From: Candidatus Omnitrophota bacterium | Lineage (GTDB): Bacteria; Omnitrophota; Gorgyraeia; Zapsychrales; JANLHA01 | NCBI GenBank assembly: GCA_963662715.1 | Contig: OY759724.1 | Coordinates: forward strand, 930,001-962,000 | DNA: 32,000 nucleotides | Reading direction: 5' to 3' | Shown: positions 16,385 to 24,591 of the stretch, one piece after another | Numbering within the stretch: the stretch's first letter is position 1 | How the letters are laid out: every line of letters starts with the position of its first letter | Notes under the pieces: model-generated | What the model was told of the DNA's origin: nothing | Seen by the model: the letters and a program-made list of their open reading frames with translations, nothing else | Database searches by the model: none | Program-made: the position numbers and the translations under genes

Positions 16385-16441
16385 GGGGACACTTCTCTCT
16401 CAACTTGATCAAAGGCAACAGGATGGAGGGACCCGGTCCCA
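16385..16441. repeat. Right arm of the bipartite inverted repeat (inner block B', 26-nt spacer, outer block A')
   Basis: GGGGACACTTCTCTC at 16385-16399 and GAGGGACCCGGTCCC at 16426-16440. The spacer length is identical to the left arm. Confidence 0.9.
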
Positions 16442-16485
16442 AAAACTAAAAAAATCCTCTTTCGAAAAAACAAAAGAGGATTTTT
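16441..16485 (-). terminator. Rho-independent terminator downstream of the CapD/PglF-like gene (hairpin is symmetric, possibly bidirectional)
   Basis: An 11-bp stem pairs AAATCCTCTTT (16452-16462) with AAAGAGGATTT (16473-16483) around a 10-nt loop. On the minus strand it is followed by TTTTTTTAGTTTTT. Confidence 0.6.
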
Positions 16486-16509
16486 AAAATCACTTAACTG
16501 AATTTTACA

Positions 16510-18429
16510 TCAACCGCGTTCCATCTCCCTGATAAGCTCGGGATCGTCCGTATTCCCCCACCGGAGAATCTCCAAAGCATTGGTTTTCGAAGCGTTTTCT
16601 TGAGAATTAAATTCCGGCACAACCTGCTTCATTTTACTCAGCACGCCCGGAATGTCCCTCACATCAGCCAGCTGCCACAGCTCTTCCACATCACGGAACA
16701 GCTTTTCCTTGTCAAAACTCCGGGGCTTCTCCACGTAAATCTGATTATTCGCAGTCTTCTGCACCCCCTCCTGAGAGGTCAGCAATTCTTCATATAACTT
16801 CTCTCCCGGCCTCAAACCGACAATCTCGATCTTAATATCTCTATCCGGCTCAAAACCCGACAACTTGATCAAAGACTTGGCCATATCCAGGATACGCACC
16901 GGCTCACCCATCTCTAAAACATATATCTCCCCGCCCCTGGCCATGGCCGCCGCCGTCAGCACCAGCTGTACAGCCTCGGGGATCGTCATAAAATACCGCA
17001 CAACGTCCGGGTGAGTCACGGTCACCGGCCCGCCCTGGGCGATCTGCTTCCGGAACAGCGGCAGGACACTGCCGTTACTGTCGAGCACGTTTCCGAACCG
17101 CACCGCGCTGAACACCGTATCGCTATGCCCGTTCAAAGACTGGATCACCATCTCTGCCAGCCGTTTACTGGCCCCCATGACATTCGTCGGGTTCACGGCT
17201 TTATCCGTTGAAATCATCACAAACCTTTTGACCCTGTGCTTCATCGCCAAGGTCGCGATATTATACGTCCCCCAGATATTATTTTTTACAGCCGCGTCAA
17301 TATTCCTCTGCATCAGCGGCACATGTTTGTAAGCCGCCGCATGAAAGACCACCTCCGGCTTAAACTGTTCAAAAATGTGATCCATCTTATTTTTATGCTG
17401 AATATTGGCCACCAGCGGAACATGCAGAGGCTGGACATTTTTCCTGAGAGCTGAAAGCTCCATATCAATGGAATAAACATGATGTTCAGAGCTGTCCAAA
17501 AGGATCAGCTGTTTCGGCTGATACCCGCTGATCTGCCGGCACAGTTCAGAACCGATCGACCCGCCGGCCCCGGTGACCATAATCACTTTCCCGCGCAGGT
17601 ATTTTACGATCTCCTCCCGGTCGGCTAAATTAGGCTCCCGGCCCAGAAGATCTTCCGGCTCAACATTTCGGATCTCGCTGATATTAACAGACCCGTCCAA
17701 GATCGACACCAAAGACGGCACTTTTTTAACTTCGGCATCGGTCATCTCGCAGAGCGTCACGATGCGCCGCATCTCGTCACTATGGGCGGACGGGATGGAA
17801 ATAATGATCATCTCCACATGTTTTCTTTTAACGATCGACCTGATGTCTGCTGTCGTGCCCAGCACCGGGATCCCGTGAATAAGGCTGCCCTTTTTAACCG
17901 GATCGTCATCCACAAAACCGACCGGATGATACTGGGCATGCTCGGCCCTTAAAATATCCCGCACCAGGCCTTCACCGGCATCCCCGGCGCCTACGACAAG
18001 GATCCGTTTGGCCGAATCCTGATTGCCGGTCCTTTTCCAGGAATACAAGGTATGGATAGCCAGCCTTAAACCCGTGGTAAACAATACCGCCAAAACCATC
18101 CCCAGCAGAATAACGATCCGCGGGAACGTCCAGTGATGGATAAAATACAGCACCAGCATATAAATGGATACGCTTAAAGCCACGCCGCCGAAAAGACGGA
18201 TGACATTTTTAGCGGTCATGTAGCGCCAGTCATGATGATAGAACTGGGACCGGGAAAACACCGTGAAACTGATCATGGAGTACAGCAAAAACGTGTGGAG
18301 GTACATATCCCGCCAAGGAGACGGAACGGCAAAATCGAAACGCAGCACCAAAGCCAAAAAAAGTGCGAGATTAATAACAATCATATCGCATACCATCAAA
18401 AATCCCCGGCTCTTCATAAGACGCTTCAT
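16510..18429 (-). CDS. Membrane-anchored UDP-GlcNAc 4,6-dehydratase family protein (CapD/WbpM/PglF type)
   Basis: Four N-terminal TM helices and two Rossmann segments (VVGAGDAG and VTGAGGSIGSEL). The catalytic region STDKAVNPTNVMGASKRLAE is typical of polysaccharide biosynthesis protein CapD. Confidence 0.9.
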   Translation of the reverse strand: MKRLMKSRGFLMVCDMIVINLALFLALVLRFDFAVPSPWRDMYLHTFLLYSMISFTVFSRSQFYHHDWRYMTAKNVIRLFGGVALSVSIYMLVLYFIHHWTFPRIVILLGMVLAVLFTTGLRLAIHTLYSWKRTGNQDSAKRILVVGAGDAGEGLVRDILRAEHAQYHPVGFVDDDPVKKGSLIHGIPVLGTTADIRSIVKRKHVEMIIISIPSAHSDEMRRIVTLCEMTDAEVKKVPSLVSILDGSVNISEIRNVEPEDLLGREPNLADREEIVKYLRGKVIMVTGAGGSIGSELCRQISGYQPKQLILLDSSEHHVYSIDMELSALRKNVQPLHVPLVANIQHKNKMDHIFEQFKPEVVFHAAAYKHVPLMQRNIDAAVKNNIWGTYNIATLAMKHRVKRFVMISTDKAVNPTNVMGASKRLAEMVIQSLNGHSDTVFSAVRFGNVLDSNGSVLPLFRKQIAQGGPVTVTHPDVVRYFMTIPEAVQLVLTAAAMARGGEIYVLEMGEPVRILDMAKSLIKLSGFEPDRDIKIEIVGLRPGEKLYEELLTSQEGVQKTANNQIYVEKPRSFDKEKLFRDVEELWQLADVRDIPGVLSKMKQVVPEFNSQENASKTNALEILRWGNTDDPELIREMERG

Positions 18430-18499
18430 ACTCTTATCTTCTCCTCTTTCCCGCGGCCTTCCCGCAAAACTATTAATAATTTTTTAATTTTTAATAACC

Positions 18500-19150
18500 T
18501 TAGTTTTTATGATCAGAAGTCAATCGACTCGCCAAGTCATTGATATTTTTACCAAACACATTCACGAACATTTTCATATACTCTAAGCGTACAACCCTGC
18601 GGCCGGCAGGACTCTGCCACCAGATGTCCGGATTAAACCAGCTGTCAGTCACCGGACAATACATAAGTTTCACCCCGCTGCGTTTGAACGTCCGGTCAAA
18701 TAACATTGCCACCCGGCGCATATGATAAGGCGAACTGACAATTATCGCTGATGTAAATCCGTTTTCGCGCAACAGCGGTGCGACCAATAACGGGTGCTGG
18801 TACGTGTGCAAAGACTGAGATTCCAGCAAAATATGTTCTGCCGGAACGCCCATGCCCCGGGCCTGCCTTTTCATGTTCGCGGCCATCGTACTAGGAACGG
18901 AACTCAAACCGCCGCTCATGATCATGTAATCCGCAAGGCCCTGTTTATACAGCGCCACAGCATGACCGACGCGTTCATCGTCTCCGGATAAAACCACAAT
19001 CACATCCGCTTTTTTCAAATCATCCGCAACAACCAAAAAACGACCTAAAGCCCTGCACACCGGTTCCCGCCAAATTATCAACAGAGCGCTTAAAAATAAA
19101 AGGCCCAAAAACAATCTGTAAATTGTCTTAGAGGATTTTTGTTTTTTCAT
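18500..19150 (-). CDS. YdcF/DUF218 (ElyC/SanA-like) family protein
   Basis: Signal-anchor MKKQKSSKTIYRLFLGLLFLSALLII, then the DUF218 core VIVVLSGD....R...A..LY..G.A..I..SGG and VSSPYHM.R. I prefer the ATG at 19150; the track start at 19258 is a TTG. Confidence 0.8.
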   Translation of the reverse strand: MKKQKSSKTIYRLFLGLLFLSALLIIWREPVCRALGRFLVVADDLKKADVIVVLSGDDERVGHAVALYKQGLADYMIMSGGLSSVPSTMAANMKRQARGMGVPAEHILLESQSLHTYQHPLLVAPLLRENGFTSAIIVSSPYHMRRVAMLFDRTFKRSGVKLMYCPVTDSWFNPDIWWQSPAGRRVVRLEYMKMFVNVFGKNINDLASRLTSDHKN

Positions 19151-19281
19151 AATCCGCCTAAAAAGGCCTTTTTCAGCAAGAACTGCTTTTATAAACAAAT
19201 ACAACCATAAGGTAAAATTCCACTTATATCCGTCGGTATCATCCGGCCTTTCAGCCAAGGTCTATACGAGAACAAAGGCAA

Positions 19282-19311
19282 AGTATACCAAACTAATATA
19301 TATAATGTCAA
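19282..19311 (-). promoter_or_regulatory. Strong sigma70-like promoter upstream of the YdcF and CapD-like genes
   Basis: Minus strand: perfect TTGACA (19311-19306), 18-nt spacer, TATACT (19287-19282). It lies in a 230-bp intergenic gap. Confidence 0.5.
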
Positions 19312-19488
19312 TAGGGCAAGCCCCTACATACTCGGACATACCGGTATATACGGGGACATGGCTTTTTCACAGGAAAAACTGCTTAAATTCCGCCCTAAAA
19401 TTATCCTAACACATGATTATGAAAACCCGGTGAGCAAGACGTGAAGAACAGAAAAGGAAAACTCGGGAGAGGACAAAATACGGCAAAA

Positions 19489-20676
19489 TTAACCGGCCGC
19501 TTTTTTAAGTACGGATCTCATACTATCGATCACATAATGAATACTTCTTTGACTCAAGGTGGGGTGAACCTGCAGCATGATGGACTTTTCCCCAAGCTTC
19601 CTGGTCACGGGTAAGCGCGGCTGCGGTTTCAAGCCAGCCTTTTTTCTTTGCATGCGAAAGGCTTTCTCTCTGTATATTTCCGGACAAGCCCCGCTGCCGC
19701 AGGGTATGCCCAAAGCCGCAAGTTCCTGCAGGATCCTGTCCCGGGACCAATCTTTTTTCAATCTTGGGGTGTCCACGAGGACATAATACTTGTAATAAGC
19801 ATGATAAATTTCATCCGGAGGCCTGGTGACCGTCAACCCCGGTATTGTTTCAAAAGCATCGTCCAGCATAGCCGCGTTACGGCGGCGGACGGCAACCATA
19901 TCGTCCAAACGCTTCAACATAATCCGTCCGATCACCGCCTGCATTTCCGTCATCCGGTAATTCGTCCCAAAGCTGTTCACCATCCATTTAAATCCGGTCC
20001 CGCCTTTCTGATGAAACACCACATCAAAATCACGGCCATGGTCCTTGAGGCTCCAGGCTTTTTTCCAAAGCTTCGGGGCTTTCACCGCCAGCAACCCTCC
20101 CTCTCCGCCAGTCGTGAATATCTTGTCCTGACAAAAAGAAAACGAGGCAAACGGCCCGAATGTTCCGACAGGCTTCCCTTTGTATCTTGCGCCGTGCGCC
20201 TGCGCGCAGTCTTCGATGAGCGACAGCTTTCTTACCCGGCAAAGCTTCAAAATAGGATCCATATCACACGGCCACCCGGCCAAATGAACCGCAATAACCG
20301 CCTTGGTTTTTTTCGTCAAAACGGCGGCAATCGTCTCTGCCGTCATGTTTCCGCTTTGCGGATCCACATCGGCAAACACAGGCAGGGCTCCGGTTAAGGA
20401 AACACAGCTGGCCGAGGCCACAAAAGAACGGCTGGCCACCACAACCTCATCCCCGGGCCCGATCCCCAAGGCTCTTAAAGCAACATCCAGAGTGACCGAA
20501 CCGTTGGCCATAGCAATAGCCTGTTTAATCCCCAGATACTGCGCGTATTCTTTTTCAAACGCATAAACATGTTGGCCGGTCCACTGATTCACCTTGCCTG
20601 AACTCAAAACCTTCTCGACCGCCTTTATAATTTCCCGGTCAAAAGACGGCCACGGCGCAAAAACGGGCTGTGTCAT
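19489..20676 (-). CDS. DegT/DnrJ/EryC1/StrS-family PLP-dependent sugar aminotransferase (PglE/WbpE/WcfR-like)
   Basis: Family-typical layout with the PLP-lysine block FSFCQDKIFTTGEGG and the N-terminal P.F..E...V..VL.SG. 4-nt overlap with the upstream transferase gene. Confidence 0.9.
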   Translation of the reverse strand: MTQPVFAPWPSFDREIIKAVEKVLSSGKVNQWTGQHVYAFEKEYAQYLGIKQAIAMANGSVTLDVALRALGIGPGDEVVVASRSFVASASCVSLTGALPVFADVDPQSGNMTAETIAAVLTKKTKAVIAVHLAGWPCDMDPILKLCRVRKLSLIEDCAQAHGARYKGKPVGTFGPFASFSFCQDKIFTTGGEGGLLAVKAPKLWKKAWSLKDHGRDFDVVFHQKGGTGFKWMVNSFGTNYRMTEMQAVIGRIMLKRLDDMVAVRRRNAAMLDDAFETIPGLTVTRPPDEIYHAYYKYYVLVDTPRLKKDWSRDRILQELAALGIPCGSGACPEIYREKAFRMQRKKAGLKPQPRLPVTRKLGEKSIMLQVHPTLSQRSIHYVIDSMRSVLKKAAG

Positions 20677-21326
20677 AACGCATATTTCTCCCTGAATAAT
20701 TTTACAGAATTATGTTCTTTCACCGGCCATATTTTGCCCAAAGGGATCAGCACCCAGACTGTCTGCACCAAAATCAGCAAATCGAAAAAAAACGAATTCT
20801 TCCGCACATGCTCCAGGGCCAAATCCACCTTTAAAGGCACGACCACTTCATCATAAAACTCATCGGCATTCTTAACTTTTGCCAGGATCTCCTCTTCATG
20901 CCGGAAATGCAGTGTGGCGACACTGGTGATACCCGGCCGTACCGAAAATATACGCTTCATCTCCGGCGTGTATTTCGCGGTGATTTCCGGCACATCCGGC
21001 CGCGGCCCCACAAAACTCATGTCGCCTTTAAGCACATTAAATAACTGGGGCAGTTCATCAAGCTTGGTCTTGCGCAGGAATCTCCCCACGGGCGTAATGC
21101 GGGGGTCAACCCCGGTTGTCACCGACGTCCCCAGAGTATCGGCTTTGTCGACCATGGTGCGGAATTTGTAAACATCAAATATTTGTTCGTGCAGCCCCAC
21201 TCGCTTCTGCGCGTAAATGACCGGCCCCTGCGACGTCAGTTTGATAAGCACGGCCGTGACGCCCATAAGCGGAGCAAACACCGCCAGCCCAAATAGCGAA
21301 AATATAATGTCAAAAAGGCGTTTCAT
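20673..21326 (-). CDS. Small monotopic phosphoglycosyl transferase (bacterial sugar transferase; PglC/WcfS-like initiating enzyme)
   Basis: 217 aa. Re-entrant helix MKRLFDIIFSLFGLAVFAPL, then KFRTM, the LDELPQLFNVLKGDMSFVGPRP catalytic DE dyad and the PRP motif. Confidence 0.9.
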   Translation of the reverse strand: MKRLFDIIFSLFGLAVFAPLMGVTAVLIKLTSQGPVIYAQKRVGLHEQIFDVYKFRTMVDKADTLGTSVTTGVDPRITPVGRFLRKTKLDELPQLFNVLKGDMSFVGPRPDVPEITAKYTPEMKRIFSVRPGITSVATLHFRHEEEILAKVKNADEFYDEVVVPLKVDLALEHVRKNSFFFDLLILVQTVWVLIPLGKIWPVKEHNSVKLFREKYAL

Positions 21327-21581
21327 AGATCTTTATTATTACACAAAAATTTATTTCGATTATCCATTCTCCTGTTGCATGGACAAACTGCATAACAAGA
21401 TTTCCAGCATCATCTAAAATTCCCACGACACCAAATCGAGGTTCGTTAAATTAAATTTAAGCAAAAAACAGCAAAATAAACATTTGAAAGGATTTTTCTA
21501 AAGACACAAATAGTCTTTTGTAAATGTAATACATATTTATATCAGTTCTAGAGAAGACTTTTTAAACAGCGCACACACGAT

Positions 21582-22640
21582 CTAAATAATAAGCCGTGGC
21601 ACTTTGTAGCCGCGATATTTTATTAAAAATTTTGGTATATTAAACATACCAGCCAAGGTGCCAACGCCATATGCAAAATGGATTAAGAAAAAAGTGCCTG
21701 GCAACATACAACACAAGGGTTTTACATCCTTATTAGCTTCCCTCATAGCCCGGAACGAGAAAAAAACAGCGCAAAAGAAATAGATCAATATCAAAATAAC
21801 GAGTGGGACAACATTCTTCAGCATTGCAAAAATTAGACTCACTAAACATGCAAACACAAAAATAGCAGGGACAAAATGACGAGCACAAAAACATTTTGGA
21901 GAAATTGATGCTGTTATGGCTATCCAATAACCAGTCCCAAACTTTTGCTTAAGCAACCCTGACATATTCGACCTCGGAAAATGAAAGGATACGATCTCTG
22001 GATTAAAATAAAATTTAAATCCAGCCTGTCTCATCCGATAATGAATTTCCATATCCTGATTCCGTACCAATCGTTCATCATATCCACCGACAAGAGAAAA
22101 TATGTGTTTTCGATATGCTGCGTGAGCTAATGTCTCAACATAACGCGCAGGGCCGGGATGTTTAAATCCGGCGGCTCCGGCTCCGAATCTGGATTCTTCT
22201 GCTAAAGCAAAAAAAGCTGGCCACTTTTCATTTGGCACACGACTGACCCTAGCCCCCCCCACGATACTTTCCCCCCGGGAAATGGCATCAACATTCTTAC
22301 GAATAAAGTCCCGAGGGATACGGCTATGAGCATCCACTCGCAAGATGACTTCCCCTTTCGCATGCGCAAGAGCAACATTCCACCCAGCTGATAATATCTT
22401 GCCTGGATTGGACAGAATTTTGAAAAACAAGTCTGCATGATGAGATTGAAAATCGTAAATTATGTTTAAAGAGTTATCCGTTGAACAACCATCAACGCAC
22501 AAAATTTCAAACTTGTCATGCGGGTAGTCTTGTTCAGAGATATCGGTCAATAGGTCTGCCAAACTACACTCCGCATTTCGAAACACAATAATAAATGTAA
22601 CCAACATCACGGGACAAAGGTCGACTTTCTCATTACTCAT
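21582..22640 (-). CDS. Family 2 glycosyltransferase with a C-terminal TM region
   Basis: GT-A signature V.FIIVFRN....L...L..I..QDYP....EIL.VDG.STD and ILRVDAHS, with three or four hydrophobic helices at the C-terminus. Low-GC gene. Confidence 0.85.
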   Translation of the reverse strand: MSNEKVDLCPVMLVTFIIVFRNAECSLADLLTDISEQDYPHDKFEILCVDGCSTDNSLNIIYDFQSHHADLFFKILSNPGKILSAGWNVALAHAKGEVILRVDAHSRIPRDFIRKNVDAISRGESIVGGARVSRVPNEKWPAFFALAEESRFGAGAAGFKHPGPARYVETLAHAAYRKHIFSLVGGYDERLVRNQDMEIHYRMRQAGFKFYFNPEIVSFHFPRSNMSGLLKQKFGTGYWIAITASISPKCFCARHFVPAIFVFACLVSLIFAMLKNVVPLVILILIYFFCAVFFSFRAMREANKDVKPLCCMLPGTFFLIHFAYGVGTLAGMFNIPKFLIKYRGYKVPRLII

Positions 22641-22760
22641 TGTTATTTAAAACTCTCCATATCAAGATTATTTCCAACAATTCTATGCTAAAAATTATTC
22701 CAATACGAATAAAATTTCAACATGAAATACTTTATAAAAAAAGACAACATAAATACAGAT

Positions 22761-23654
22761 TCATTGAGAGCAGGTACGACGGTTAATTTCTTCAAGTTTA
22801 TATAACGGCCGTAAAAATTCAAAGGACTTCTGCAATAAATTGCGACAAGGATACGTTGCACAAATGATACCAGCTGTTACAGGATGATAATGAATTTGTA
22901 GCCCCATTGATTGTTTTCTAAAACCAAATTTTGAGATAAGGACTTCCTGAACTCGAGTAGCATGACTTAAATTGCGAAATCCACTATTTACATACTGAAA
23001 CTTTTGCACATCAAGATAATATTTATTTCTTTCATAAAAAAGTATCGCACTAGGATTAAGCCGCAAGTAATCAGGATCGAATTTGGTCATTGAATAATTG
23101 GCCTCGATTTTATCATACAGATAAACCTGTGAATACGCAATTAACCTACCGGATTCTTTTTCAAAAACTCCCCAACAATCTACAATATCCTCAAAACCAA
23201 TCGCTGCCAGCATATTTTGTTTAAATTGCCTCTCTGTTTTAACTAATCGCGTGTTTCTATAGCGCTTAAAAGCTGAAGAAAAAACAGGCCATGCATTTTC
23301 CGCAATAAATTTCACGCTGACTTTTCGAACTTCACATTTATTTGCCCCACGAACGATTTCTTTTCTTATTTTTCCTCTCATCTTCATAATATGTTCAACA
23401 TTATCACAAATAACAGAATACCATCCATTAGCAATCTCACTAAACCCTGTAGTACTTCGAACCAATATCGCTGGGCTTAATTTATGCAATAAGAACTTAG
23501 CGGCTGTACGTGAAAGGGAAAAATTATCTATCGCTGGGCCGACAGGAACTATCATGTTTTGATAATATACCCACAAATTATCATCTAAAAAGAATGCCCT
23601 TCGTCCTTGTTCCTTAAAAAGGTCAAAATATCGACGATTAACCTCAAGCTTCAT
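22761..23654 (-). CDS. FemAB/CelD-like GNAT-superfamily acyl or aminoacyl transferase (paralog 2; family assignment tentative)
   Basis: 297 aa. The pattern RK.I.R......V.K, GRLIAY...Y.....ANYS..K.DPDYL.L.P..ILFYE and NSGFRNL......QE.LISKFGF resembles Acetyltransf_6/FemAB-type proteins. Clearly paralogous to the upstream gene. Confidence 0.55.
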   Translation of the reverse strand: MKLEVNRRYFDLFKEQGRRAFFLDDNLWVYYQNMIVPVGPAIDNFSLSRTAAKFLLHKLSPAILVRSTTGFSEIANGWYSVICDNVEHIMKMRGKIRKEIVRGANKCEVRKVSVKFIAENAWPVFSSAFKRYRNTRLVKTERQFKQNMLAAIGFEDIVDCWGVFEKESGRLIAYSQVYLYDKIEANYSMTKFDPDYLRLNPSAILFYERNKYYLDVQKFQYVNSGFRNLSHATRVQEVLISKFGFRKQSMGLQIHYHPVTAGIICATYPCRNLLQKSFEFLRPLYKLEEINRRTCSQ

Positions 23655-23700
23655 AACCCTTTATCCTCAAAGGATATATTCATTTAAATATAATATCCGA

Positions 23701-24591
23701 TCACTTATTATTGTTCATAAATTTATTTATTTTATCAAATTTTTGCAAAGCAGATAAGGGTGGGCATGTTTGCCGGAACAAAACATAAAATGGTTCCAAC
23801 AGATTCAATCCTTTAGCAACGAAAGGTCTATAGCAAACTTGCAATCCTACGGGTTGCTTTTTATAAGAATATTTTTTTATAAGTAATTCTTCAATATTAG
23901 TTTCATGCAACAAATTTCTAAATCCAGAGTTAAGATAACTAAACTGTTGTTCCTCCAAATAATATTTATCCATTTCATAAAAAAGTGCCCAGCCAGGATA
24001 AAGATTAAGAAAATCAGGATGAACTTTTATAGTTGAATAATTAACTTCAATTTTCCCATAGCAATAATTTTGCGCATAAGCAATCAACCGACCTGTCGCG
24101 TTTTCAAAAGCACCCCAATATTGCGAAACATCTTCAAAACCAACAGGGACAACATTTCGCCTGAATTCTCTTTCTGATAGTGTTGTCCAAGGATTTTTAT
24201 GTAATTTAATAGCAGACGAAAAAATTGGCCAAGCTTTTTGTCTTATAAGCTCTGGATCGATCTTCTGTGTAGTACAGAATTTTAATCCCTTTCGAGTTTT
24301 ACTTCTTGCCTCTTTGCTAGCCATATCTGCGACAGGAATAAACTTATCTCTTATTACACAATACCATTCTTCAGGAAAATCGACAAAACCAGTCGTCGAT
24401 CTAACAAGTATTGCGCTTTTAAAATATTTCAATAAATTCCTAAAATCTTTAACAGAAATAGAATAATTTTGACTTACTGGCCCAACAGGAACGACCATTT
24501 TCTGATACAGAGTCCACAAATGCCCTCCTGCAAGAAAATATGGTTTACCTTGTTTCTCTAAAAATTCTTGGTGCCTTACGAAATTAAACAT
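23701..24591 (-). CDS. FemAB/CelD-like GNAT-superfamily acyl or aminoacyl transferase (paralog 1; family assignment tentative)
   Basis: 296 aa. Shares VPVGP, AILVRSTTGF, AWP.FSSA.K, GFED....WG.FE...GRLIAY.Q.Y.Y.KIE.NYS, LFYE..KYYL..Q.F.Y.NSGFRNL and GLQ..Y.P with the downstream paralog. 8-nt overlap with the GT4 gene. Confidence 0.55.
   Translation of the reverse strand: MFNFVRHQEFLEKQGKPYFLAGGHLWTLYQKMVVPVGPVSQNYSISVKDFRNLLKYFKSAILVRSTTGFVDFPEEWYCVIRDKFIPVADMASKEARSKTRKGLKFCTTQKIDPELIRQKAWPIFSSAIKLHKNPWTTLSEREFRRNVVPVGFEDVSQYWGAFENATGRLIAYAQNYCYGKIEVNYSTIKVHPDFLNLYPGWALFYEMDKYYLEEQQFSYLNSGFRNLLHETNIEELLIKKYSYKKQPVGLQVCYRPFVAKGLNLLEPFYVLFRQTCPPLSALQKFDKINKFMNNNK

Noticed and set aside
21323-21367. 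14-codon upstream ORF (MDNRNKFLCNNKDL) whose TGA overlaps the ATG of the PglC-like gene (ATGA).
   Set aside because: The only SD-like element (AGGAG) ends 1 nt before its ATG, which is too close to function. Short ORFs are expected by chance in this AT-rich 255-bp gap. It is worth a look only if ribosome profiling data exist.
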